Assembly (NCBI GenBank): GCA_012295275.1
Contig: CM022671.1
Coordinates: 23,250,001-23,314,000 of the forward strand
Direction of reading: 5' to 3'
Length of the DNA: 64,000 bases
Source of the DNA: Chrysomallon squamiferum
Taxonomy: Eukaryota; Animalia; Mollusca
The notes beneath the pieces were generated by a model that saw nothing but the letters and a program-made list of their open reading frames with translations, had not been told where the DNA came from and did not search any database. Below are positions 27,133 to 39,055 of this stretch, in pieces. A program made the translations under genes and the position numbers. Numbering within the stretch: position 1 is the stretch's first letter; each line of letters starts with the position of its first letter.

Positions 27133-27869
27133 CGTTATTAATAGTAGTAATAGCAAAAGTGGTAATAATAGAAGTAGTAGTAGTAGCAATAATAGTAACA
27201 GTAGTAGTACCAGTATTTTTTTGCAGTGGTGGCAACATCAATAGAAATATCATTGTCAGTAACAGTTAGAGCAGAATCAACCGGATTATTTATTTAGATC
27301 ATTTTTTTTTTTTTTTGCTTCATTCTACTTTTGTCGTCTCAGTCACTTATTAGTTATCATATTAACATATCATGCTAAAAATAAAAGTTTTATTTTCAGA
27401 ATTTTGGGGTGTTTGCTTGAGGGAGGGAGGGGGGAGTAAGGGTGGAATTAAAAACCCGTACAAAAAGTCATCACCCACATAACGATTAATCATTCGTCCG
27501 CCACGGACTGTGTTAACGTTTTAACGAATGCTCTGGCGTTTTTTCGAGTCACACATGTTGGTGACGTTTTTAAATATTCAGAATCACTTGTATGACACTC
27601 TCGTTGTAGTTTATTATTCAGGCACTGCGGTTTTGTATTCATCATGGCTTATTTGCATGTGCCTTAAACACAGTGCGAAATATCCCATTTCCTCCCAGTT
27701 GTTCATTTAGAATCGACAGTTTTACATTTGTTTATAAGCAAATGTGTGATTTTAATAATGGTTTTTTATTATGTATATATGTATGTGTGTGTGCGTTTGC
27801 ATCTGTATATATATATGTATGTTTGTATGTACACACACACACCATTCACACACACACACACACACACAC

Positions 27870-27914
<45 letters not shown>

Positions 27915-28539
27915 TGCAGTTTTTAGTCAAATATTAAACATAGGGCTACGAATTAAGCGAGATCGCATAGGTTAACGTAACTGCACGAATCGTGGTATTA
28001 AAAGTCATTTTGTTTTCCTATCTTGAGTCAAAACAAACTGATTCAATGTTTTGGTCTAACAGACAAACTACGAATGTTTTTGTTAAATCTTAGGAAAACT
28101 CGTTTTTCAGAGTGAATATGTCATTTTCAGTTTGCGTGTTTGTTACTTGTATGTGCCATCAGGTGAAATGTTTCTTATGCTAAATAAAAAAATATATAAA
28201 AATAATAAATAATAATAATAAATAAAAGGAAATACATATATAATATATTTGTGCATCTGTAATATGAGTGTGTGTTTAAATATATGTAGATATATATATA
28301 CAGACATGTTTTCACACACACAAATATCACATACACAAACAAATTTAATTTTATTTTTTTTTTTTCTTTTTTATTACTTTTAAGCTTTGAATTATATGTG
28401 TGCATATTTTAATACGTAGATGCTTTGATGATATATATGTGTGTACATATACATTATATTTGTATATACGTAGTAAATGTATAATATAATATATATATAT
28501 ATATATATATGTGTGTATCTACATATATATATATTTATG

Positions 28540-28573
<34 letters not shown>

Positions 28574-29352
28574 TGTATATGAACGTATACATGAATTGGC
28601 AGATAGATAGATAGATAGATAGATATAAGGCCAAACCATGCGTGCATACTCTATCATACACACTGACAAAAAGCCTGACAGTTCACTTTCTACTGACTTA
28701 TGTCCTTCTGCGTGTACACACTTCAACCAGTTCATCCACTGGAATAATAATGGTCCACCAAGCTGTTGCGGAGCAGAAACGCCAAAACCTCATCCAGGCT
28801 GGCGTGTTGGTGGCGGCCAAACCGCGATATGACGTTATTAATCCGAGACTCCATTATTTATGTGTTATAAGTTTTTATTTTATTTACCGCAACTGTTTAT
28901 TGGAAGCGTTGTGTTTATTATTAATTCTTGCCGTTTATGAGGATTGCAGTTTTGGCGTGTCACAAAGGTGTAATGAGCGAAGTGTGTTTGCATGCGTCAG
29001 GTGCGTATGAGGCCGAACGTGTTACAAGTGAAATGCAGTGACTAAACGATATCTCTCTATTAATAATATATAAACACTTTCGGATACAATTGTTTTTGGA
29101 GTTCTTGAACTGTTAACCCGATATTGTTCAGATTGTAATATTGTAAATGGATTTTTTTTTTTTTTTTTTTATTGTCCTTTTCTAGTCAGTCAATAAACTG
29201 AAGTGAATTATATTATAATACTTTTATCGTGACAGATATAATTTTTCGATTTTCTTTATCTTTTTCATTTTAAATACAGAGTAACACAAACCAGTAGAAG
29301 ATAATACAATAGAAAATATTTAATTCTTCATACAAATATATATATATTCAGT

Positions 29353-29442
<90 letters not shown>
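29353..29442. repeat. (GA)n microsatellite ~200 nt upstream of the helix-3 exon
   Basis: Seen directly. Confidence 0.97.
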
Positions 29443-29446
<4 letters not shown>

Positions 29447-29638
29447 TCCGGTTAAACCAAACACTTTAAACTGTTATTAGAAAACGAAAATTTTCTATTT
29501 GGTTCATTTCTGATTTACAGAATGAAAATTAAAGCGTTATTTATAAATAACGAAAAATATAATACCTACTTATTTTATACTTTATTTATTTAAATTACAA
29601 ACGTAATTTTCAAAAGCTGTAATATTAACTCTTTCCAG

Positions 29639-29807
29639 GTTTGGTTTCAAAACCGAAGATCGAAAGAAAGACGGATGAAGCAGTTGAGCGCTCTGGGCGC
29701 CAGACGCCATTTCTTCAGAAATCCACGCCGCATGAGGGCGCTGCGACCCGGGGAGGATATGGCCGACAGTCCGGATATGATGGGACCCGGCTTTGGATAT
29801 ATCGGAG
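29639..29807 (+). CDS. Lhx1/5: Lhx1/5 exon: homeodomain helix 3 (residues 47-60) and the conserved segment after it
   Basis: Not in the ORF track; found by reading. Acceptor ctctttccAG at 29637-29638 and donor GGAG|GTAAGT at 29808. 169 nt, phase 0 to 1. Translates [56 protein letters not shown]. It completes the homeodomain in frame, and [18 protein letters not shown] matches vertebrate LHX1/5 as I recall it. Confidence 0.97.
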
Positions 29808-30803
29808 GTAAGTTATTCTACCATTGATTTTATCTTGCAGTGAAGAGGGGTATTTATTTATTGATTTATTTATTGATTTATTTATTTGTGTTTTTTTTTT
29901 TTTTTTATTAGTTTTATTTGCATTACTTATTTTATTTTATTTTATTTATTTATTTACTTTTATTTCGTTTTTTATTATTATTATCATTATTTTTTTTTTC
30001 CTTCGATTTTTTTTTTTAATGAATCTTGAATGTTTAACGTGAATCACAGATCCATAAAATAGCAACTACAAAAACATGAACAACAACGACAACAACAGCA
30101 ATAATAATAATAATAATAATAAAATAATAATAATAATAAAGATTAATGGCCTATAAGAATCCCTGTAATAATAACGTAAATCATAAATCAGAAGAAAAAA
30201 TGTAAACTTAGAGACATTATTCATTTCGAAATCACCAGATTTTCACTACACCGACATCTTTAAAAAAAATTGTATGGAATACATTCTTACAAAGAATGCT
30301 TCACTTTAAACTGGAAAACAAAGTCGACAGTCTCACCAACAAGATCGATTTATTCTCCAAAAACAAAAAAAAAACACAAAAAAAAAAAAAACGTTATAAA
30401 TATTTTTCTGGGCTTTTTCTTGGCTGTTTTGTGGTGGTTAGCTTTAAGCGCAATCAGGAATTTGATTCCGCTGGCAAGATGCGATGAATATCGGCTTTAA
30501 TGGCTTAATTCTGTAACATGTAGCAATCGTGTCATTTCTAATAATCGAGCATTTGAAGACGGTGACACTCGGGCTTTCTCGACAATCTACGTAATTAGTT
30601 TCCGATCTCCGAGCACAGACAAATTGTTGCTCAACGACACGAAGGTTAGCACTGGACAGGTCCCAGTCACGCAAACATTTTGATTGTGTTATTATCAGGT
30701 GCCGATCTAGAGGGGGTGGGGATGAAAAAGGGGTGTTCCTTGTCGTTTTTTTCTTTCTTTCCTTCTATTTGTCTTTCTTTATTATTTTTTCTTCTTCTTA
30801 TCA

Positions 30804-30859
<56 letters not shown>

Positions 30860-30869
30860 CATTATTATT

Positions 30870-30901
<32 letters not shown>

Positions 30902-31355
30902 CGTTGATTTTGTTGTTGCTGTTATCATCATCATCATCATGTTACTATTACAACCGTTATTATTATTTTAATAGTCCCGAAGTTAGCAACTGTAAAACAA
31001 GATAAAATTCGGTTGTTAATAAAAGCATAATTACAGTTTAGTTATTTCCGCCAGTCACAAACTAATTTTATTGTTTGTACAACACCTTTTTCTTCTCAAA
31101 TTTCCGATTTAAAATTAAAATTATAAAATTTAAAAAAATAAAAAATAAAAAAAAAAAAATAATAAATAAAAAATAAAAATAAAAAGTAATAAATAACAGT
31201 ATAATTAATGAAATTATAAATATGCATACTTATATAAAGGGGAAAGTTTTTTTTTTTATTGCTAAATAAAAATCGATATCTACCATCTGATGTGCTTTGA
31301 ATTTCTGTAAAATTTAATAAACAAACCAAAACGAAAACGATATATATACATAGAA

Positions 31356-31409
<54 letters not shown>

Positions 31410-32318
31410 TTAGCACTCAAATAATTCCTGTGTACATTGATTTCAATCCAAAGAAGCAGAATTTACTTATAGAAAATCAGTCTAAGCAATATATACTTGT
31501 TTTAATAATTTAAGACAATAATATATTCAGTTGATCTAGGGGGTTTTTTTATATATATAAATAAACATATACAGATGTCACCATTGTTTGAACAACACAT
31601 TCTTTTTCAATCAATCATTAAAATAAAACAGACCATTAAATAATAATAGGGAAAAAAAAGAAAACATCTTTATTAAAACACAAAATATCACTGATTTTAA
31701 AAAGCAAACAAAAAAAAAAATTAAAAAAAACAAGAAGAAAAATACCGTGTTAAACAGATTCTCGAACGACATATTTATTAAATCTGACGTGAAGCTTTGT
31801 CTGTGGATTTTGTAAGTTGCTCGTTACTAGAAAGCGGCTATTTGTTAACCGTGGATTTAATTCTATGTTTACTCTGTCAGGTGATTTAACACGGACATCT
31901 TGTCATTGCCGAGAGTGTGTTTACCCAGCCCGCTACAATTATATGTTTACACTGAGCGATGATTTAATGTTAGTCTTTGTGATGTGTCGAAACATCCAGA
32001 ACCAGCGATTGGATTTTCACAATGTGCTGCAAGAAAACCAGCCAAGCCCACGCACCACGTCTTCTGTTATCTCTTTCAATGCCGCGCTTCCGTGCCGCGG
32101 TGCCTCACCTAGCTTTCCATAAAAGGCTCTTTATTTTCAAAATGGGGATCCCGTGGGGTAGGGGACAATAAAGGGTGGCAGCTCGAAGATTTGGTAACAA
32201 TGCCGGCGAAGGCGCAGGGGGTCCCCCGCTCACGACCCCGATTTTGGAAGAAAGACTGTTTTGAAATCATTGTTAGGCACAGGTGTTCTGTATAGAGAGA
32301 CTAGATAAGCTAGCGTGC

Positions 32319-32373
<55 letters not shown>

Positions 32374-35300
32374 CACAAACGGTAACCAGAGAACTAGCAG
32401 CATGTTGCAATGGAGCAACATAATGGCATCTAAAAGACTTACTTAGAACCAGATTTTCCCTGTCTCCAGTGATCATGTATTAATACTCGTCGGCGATCAT
32501 CTTGTATACAAAGATATTAGATTCAGCCCCGCGTTAGAGTTAGGAAAACACAGGTGCGAAAAATACACCAATCATGCTGGTGAACCCCTTTGTCGCACCT
32601 TGTACTTTGTTACATAAATTAGATAGCGTTTTAGTTCAGGGTTTTGTATGTTTGTTACGAGAGAGAAGGATTGATATCAGAGACAAGTACACACAAAAAA
32701 AGGGAAGGGAGGGAATAGAAAAGAAAAACAACACGCAGTCTGTCAGGATCTAAACAGACATACACAGGTAGATGAATAGTTAAAAGACGAGCGTTGAGAA
32801 ACAGAGAAAATGGAAAGATACAGTTACAGACAGAAATATGTGGCTGTTAGCAAAATACTCTGTCATTGTTTCTTCATTTTGCTGATGTTCCTTTCAGTAA
32901 TCTCTCTCTTTCTCTCTATCTATCTTTCTATCTCTCTATCTGTCTATCTATATATCTATATATCTGTCTGCCTGTCTGTCTGTCTGTCTGTCTATCTGTC
33001 TCTCTCTGTCTTACAGGAGGACATACGCACAGTCCTACAGACATATATTCTGAGCCCAAGCGTAAAATATGCAGTTTATATTCATGCTAATACAAATATC
33101 ATTGCAGCAGAAAAACGTAACATAAGTACTCACACTTTAGCACAAATACATGCACATAAAAGACAAATAAGTCATGTGCAGAAACACTTCAACAAATACG
33201 CACAAAAGCAGAGTCATCGGACAGTTATTAAAAATAAAGAGAGAAGGGAAAAACACACTTACAATACTTCTGTCGTGTTCAGACTTATTTTAACAGTCGT
33301 AACACGTGTTTTTAACAACTCCTAACATGTTTTAAATTGTAGATGTGTACGGATTAGTATGTGTGTGAAGTGTGTATTGGCAGCAGCGAATGTGAGAGTG
33401 TTACGTATCTACTACAAGATGTACGAGAGTTCTTTCATTTTGAATTTAATTGTTTGTTGTAGTTTTAAATTTTTTAAATGTTTTAAAATTAGACTAATTT
33501 TAAACATACCGTTAGAAAACTATAGGAATGTTTTAGTCAATTGTTTCTGATTAACGTTGCCTTTTAAACATTTTTTAAAAATTATTTACTACTGTTCCAA
33601 TATAATTATCATCAGCATCACCACCATCATCATCGGCAACAACAATAACAATAATAACAGTAACAGTAACAACAACAACAACAACATCACTAATAATAAT
33701 AATAATAATACACGATATTGTTAGTATTACGTACACCATTCTTTCTTTGATTCACGTAACAACTCTTTTCTTTTTTTTTTCTTTTTTTTTGTTACCTTAT
33801 TTTCCCATAGACTGTTGCCTAAACTTCAAAGGCTGTACCTGAGTGTACAGCTATTTCGACCAAGTATCCACAAGCACCTGTATTTGTTTGTCTGCTCGCA
33901 AAGTCTTGTTGACAGTGGCAGTGTAAATAACATATAATGCCAGTATTCTAACAAAACAGTGCGACATGATAACCCTTGGAGACGTATACATTTTTATTTT
34001 CTTGGGGGCTTACATCCTAAAGGGTGTCCTATCCCAGTCAAACATGCTACTTTTTTTTGTCCTTTCTTACTCATTGTTTTTTTTTTTTTTGTGTTTGTGT
34101 GTGTTTCTTTTTTTTTGTTTGATCAGTGCTATACTGAAAGGAAGATATATAAAAAAAAAAAAATTAAAAAAAAATTCACTTCATTTCTTACATACTTTTC
34201 AAGTGAGTTGTTGTTCTTTACCTTACACGTTATACATTCGTTACTTGATGTGATATGTTTGTCTGTGCTGTAAGCGGCACATTTTTATTGCCCCGTGGCT
34301 TTTTTTTTTTTTAAATGCTGCGGCAGTGAATGAGCCGAAGCATTTTTATAAACCCCTCTGTATGTACGTCGAAGCTTTTGAAGTCTGGGGCTGAATCTGT
34401 GACATAAACTTGCCGACAATTAAGTTTGGAGTAAGGGGTAAAGTATCGCTTCGCTGCTCGCCGTTTATTTTCTGAGGTGTAAGGAACTTTCAAAACGCGA
34501 GGAGTAAAAAAAAAAAAAAAAAAAAAAGAAAAAAAAAAGATATATTTAACAACAACAAAAATAATAATAAAGTAACTGGCGTCCATTTTGCAGCGGAACG
34601 AATGACAACTCCCCCCTCTGGGCTGGACGCTCTATCGCCTTGCACGCTGGTCATAAAACTGCTACCTAACAGTTCCAGAACATTGCTTTCCAATTGCTGG
34701 CAGTTGTCACCTTGTAAAACTTCGTACGTGAGATTTGCTTGAACAATTAGCGGCCACCTGGCCCGCGGAGATCTTCTGCGTTGGAGACCTGTTTTTTTTT
34801 TTTGTTCGGCTCTTCTAAGAGAAGGCGAAGAATTTCTCACTGATATTTTCCGTCGGTGCGAAAGGAAATAAAAAATTCAAATAATTGGCTTAAAAATTGT
34901 TTGTAAATCCATTATTTATTATTTATTGTCGATTATCGCCATGCGTCGCTTTCGCGATGGCAGATGACATTTTTTTTTTTTTTGAAGAAATTTTTAAACG
35001 GACTGCATTTTTTATAAGTGTTTTTGACATTAATGTTTGTCCCTTTTTTTAAAAACACACTCAGCTGTCTTACTCTTTCTTCACTTTTTATATTTTTTTT
35101 TTTTATAGCTAATTTTATCTTTTTATATTAATATTATTTCAGTTACATGATTACTATTACTTCATATATTATATATATATTAATTTTCTGTATTCATTAT
35201 TTTTCTTTCCTTTTCATATTGCCAGTAAATTTATCAAAAATACAAATCAGAACCAATAGAAGAAACAAAACAAAAAGCTAACAAACCCACACTCGCTAAA

Positions 35301-38300
35301 ATCATCTAAAAAAAAAAAAAAATTAGAACAAATAGTTTTGATTATTTTTTCAGTTGTCTTATTCACGTAGCTTATATCATATAAACTATATTCAATTTTT
35401 TCCTTTTTTTTTTTTTCTTTTTTTTCTCTTTAGTTTTTACATTGTATCTTTCACATTATTTTTCATCATCACAGTTTTTCATCTTTATTTCAATGATTAT
35501 CAGTAAAAAAAAAAAAAAACACCACAAAAAAAAATAAAAAATAAACAAACAACAACAGTAAAAACCGTGTTTTCTGAGCCATGTAGTACTTTCCGGACAA
35601 CCAGTCCCCGGTTTGTTCTGTTGCGGCTGGTGAACACTGCAAGCGCCAGCATGCTGGACATGGGTCGCGGGCCATGACTCCCTCGTGTAGGTACAGTGGA
35701 TATCAAAGCGAGCCACACAAAGTTTCCCGTACTTCGCTTAGTGGCTCCCTGCTGATAAATATCCCTGTTGGTGGTTCCAGTTATGTGTTTGCGAGTCGTA
35801 TCCAAAAGCTGGCAAGTAAACAAAGAGCCGAGAATTAAATCACACGTGTGCATAACTTTGATTGTTGTTGTTGTTGTTGTTGTGCTCTGTTTCTTTGGTT
35901 CGTTGTTGTTGTTGTTGGAAGATGTTATAAATTGTTTTTGTTTTATTCTATAAAATTCTGGTTCTGTTTTGTATTCTTTTATATATTTTGTTTTCTTTAT
36001 TTTTGTTTCTGTTTGTTTTTTTTTTTTTTCCTTATATATTTGCATGTATGTATGTATCAACCAAACTATCTTCTTCTTCTTTGTTTCTCGTTTTTCTAAG
36101 GCTTTCTGTTTTAAGTATTCGTGCATCTTTACAGTTTCAACTCAAAATACTGATAAATAATTGGATAAATTAATTTTGTTAAAATATATAATACTTAAAA
36201 ATCTGTTATTAATTAAATATGATTCTCTCTCTCTTTCTCTATTTCTTGTTTTGAGTTTCTCTCTCTCTCTCTCTCTCTCTCTCTTTCGTTCTTTCTCTCT
36301 CCTGTTTTGAGTTGCTGAAACTAAACTCGCAGTGAGTGTAACACAAATCTGCTCTAGTAATAACATAACAGAACGTGAATGCATATTTGCTTGTCTTTCT
36401 TTATTAAAAGACTTGACGAGTCGGCTTAGCGCCTCCATTTGTTGATACGTTTCCTTTAGCGATAACATCTGAAATTCAAGTGGGAGGTTTCGACTGTACG
36501 TCTATTTTTGGGGGTGCCTTGGTGGCCTGACGTGGGGGTAAGTCTGTGCGACTGGAAGGTGAGAGACAGCAGGCATATTTGGCTTCAATTATCATATCAG
36601 AAGATCTGGGGAAAAGGCATTATGATTATAAAGACTATATTCAAGGCAAATCACTCGACATCAGTCAAGATCGGCAGATTGGGAAGTAGTATCCACACTC
36701 AATCTGACATCCTGACCCCGGATGTTATCGCTTATGGAGAAAATTGTTTGGTTTTCGCCTATGACTTTATTCCGGATTTTTTTTTTTTTTTTTCTTAAAA
36801 AAAAGCGCTCAATTTTTCTTACATCATACTCAGATGGACCGATTCATTTTTTTTCTTCTTATTCTTTCAATGAATTGAGGAAACTCGCTGACTAGAAATG
36901 TCCTTGCTGTTTTCAGTCGAAGTGAATGATGATTGATGATAATGAGCTTAATAATCAATTGGAGAAATTGGCCAATTTTATTATGTTAAGGTCCATTTAT
37001 ACTGTGTGATTTTATCTGACGAATTTGCACGATGGTATGTATAGCTTGGAGGACAGTAAGACAATGGAACGTAACAATCTGTAAATGCGTCAAAAGTACT
37101 GGTTTTTATCGAAAAAGCTCTCTCTATAATATATATTAAAATTTAAATGAACTAATTTTTTCTCTCTTTCTTTTTTTTTTTTTTTCTTATTTATTTATTT
37201 ATATGTTTCTTTATTTCTAACAGCTAATACATTTACAAGTTAAGTTTTGATTCAGTGACACTCTATTCATTTATTTCAAACTATTTATTTTCGAACGATT
37301 TTTTTTCTTCTTCTTCTTCTTCTTCTTCTTCTTCTTTTTTACTGCTTAAATGTCCTCACAACTGGAACCAAATGTGTATTAAAAAGATTTTCTACTCACT
37401 GATCAAAGACTGCACTGACTAAATGAAACCCATTCAACCATGAACGTCATTTCATACAATACGGAGTTCTGTCCCTTAGCTCAGGCAAAACAAAACTATC
37501 CACGTAAAAATCAAAACGACCTCATTGTGGGGTTAGTCCACGAGATGCAAAGGAAATTATAATTTTTTATAATTTATTTCGTTTTTTTTTTTTTTTTTTT
37601 TTTTTTTTTGACCTTTTTCGTTTTTCGTTTTTTATTTTGTTTTGTTTATTAGTATCGTCGAGTATTTATAGCGATATTGTATTTCTTTACAGAAGCTCGT
37701 GTTTCAAATTAGCTCTTCGTATATGCACGTTTGTGCGTAATTACTTCGAAATTAACAAAACAAAACAGAATAAATAAATAAACAAACGAACGAATTCTTC
37801 AATTCTTTAAGTAATTAAAATAGTACTAATTACCTGAAAACAAAACAACTAAATAAATAAGTAAACAGATAAAAATGATTAAATTAGCTAATGACGTTGT
37901 ACGTAATTACTTACGACACAAATAAATAAATAAATTAATTAAATTAATTAAAAAAAAAAAAAAATGAGTGTTCAAATAAATAAATAAATATGGTTAAATT
38001 GCGTTTCGATTTGTACGTAATTAACAAGAATCAAAACAAAACAAAAATTTAATTAATTAATTAAACTACATACTAATTACATTTAATATAATATTTATTG
38101 AATTAAACGCTACATTTAAAAACACATCAACTTAAAATCTGTGAACGTTAAGTGCTTTAATTTTTTATTTATTTATGTTGGGGTGTTGCTGTTGCTGTCG
38201 CCGTCGTCGTTGTTGTTTTATTTACGTATATATCTTTTATCATATTATTTTAGAAACAAAGATGTTTATATGCTTTAATTAATTTTATTTTATGTTATTT

Positions 38301-38556
38301 ATATCTTTTTACTTTTATGCTATATTCCTTTTTTTTTTTTAGTTTGTTTTGTTTGGGGTATTTTATTTTATTTATCATTTGTGGTTTTTTTTTTTTTTTT
38401 TTTTTTTATTATTATTATTTTTTTTATTATTCTTTGTTCATTTGTTTGTTTATATTTTGTGCAATGTGTATTCTTTATCCAATTTTCTTATTATAACAAA
38501 GTTGTAGTAGCCTTGATAACAGTACAAAATTATTCTAGGTTTATTATATATATATA

Positions 38557-38596
<40 letters not shown>

Positions 38597-38679
38597 AATT
38601 TAGGATATTATCTATACATTAATATCCTCATTTTTTACTTTGAATATCTATTTATTTGTTGTTGTTTTTGTCTTCTCAG
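29808..38679 (+). other. Phase-1 GT-AG intron (8,872 nt)
   Basis: GTAAGT ... ttctcAG, frame-compatible with both flanking exons. Confidence 0.88.
31790..32120. promoter_or_regulatory. Candidate enhancer with a forkhead-site cluster
   Basis: TGTTTAC at 31866, 31918 and 31944; TGTGGATT at 31802; the composite TGTTTAC-N9-TGATTTAA occurs twice. Confidence 0.42.
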
Positions 38680-38823
38680 ATAATGGACAGGAGTTCTACC
38701 CCGGGTACCAAGGATATAATGAATTCTTCATGGGTCAGGGTCAGGATGGTGGCATGAATTTTCTACCGCCCAACTCACAGGGAACCCCACCCCTGAATCT
38801 GGACCAACCCATGCACCATCCAG
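38680..38823 (+). CDS. Lhx1/5: Lhx1/5 exon: Tyr/Phe-rich C-terminal (transactivation-type) region
   Basis: Acceptor tttttgtcttctcAG at 38678-38679 and donor CCAG|GTAGGA at 38824. 144 nt, phase 1 to 1, in frame with the previous exon. Translates (D)NGQEFYPGYQGYNEFFMGQGQDGGMNFLPPNSQGTPPLNLDQPMHHP, resembling the aromatic-rich and SGTP segments of vertebrate Lhx1. Confidence 0.9.
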
Positions 38824-39023
38824 GTAGGATGAACTGTACGTGTCTTTTCTACTTTTTTCACTTAGATTCATTTGAAATATAATAATTAGTTTAGAAATAT
38901 AGAATTTTATTATATAATCTTGTTAGTAAATTTTGAAATATAATGAATGAACAACAACAATTACGTAATAATCTTACTGTTGTTGACGGTGATGATAATA
39001 ATTATAATAATACTATTACTACA

Positions 39024-39055
<32 letters not shown>

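Larger units (their letters stand above)
6482..29638 (+). other. Phase-0 GT-AG intron (23,157 nt) splitting the homeobox between codons 46 and 47 (IQ|VWFQN)
   Basis: GTAAGT donor and CAG acceptor. Joining the flanking exons restores an intact homeodomain. Confidence 0.95.

Noticed and set aside
6482-29638. Recursive splice sites (AG|GT) in the 23-kb intron, e.g. near 12047, 24203 and 29000
   Set aside because: None combines a strong polypyrimidine acceptor with a consensus GTAAG/GTGAG donor.
31817-32122. 101-aa ORF with CxCxxC and a repeated MFTLSxDL, with a possible acceptor at 31879-31880
   Set aside because: Not a LIM zinc-finger pattern, and it lies downstream of the homeobox. The peptide repeat is explained by the DNA-level motif duplication, and inclusion would hit a stop without an obvious donor.
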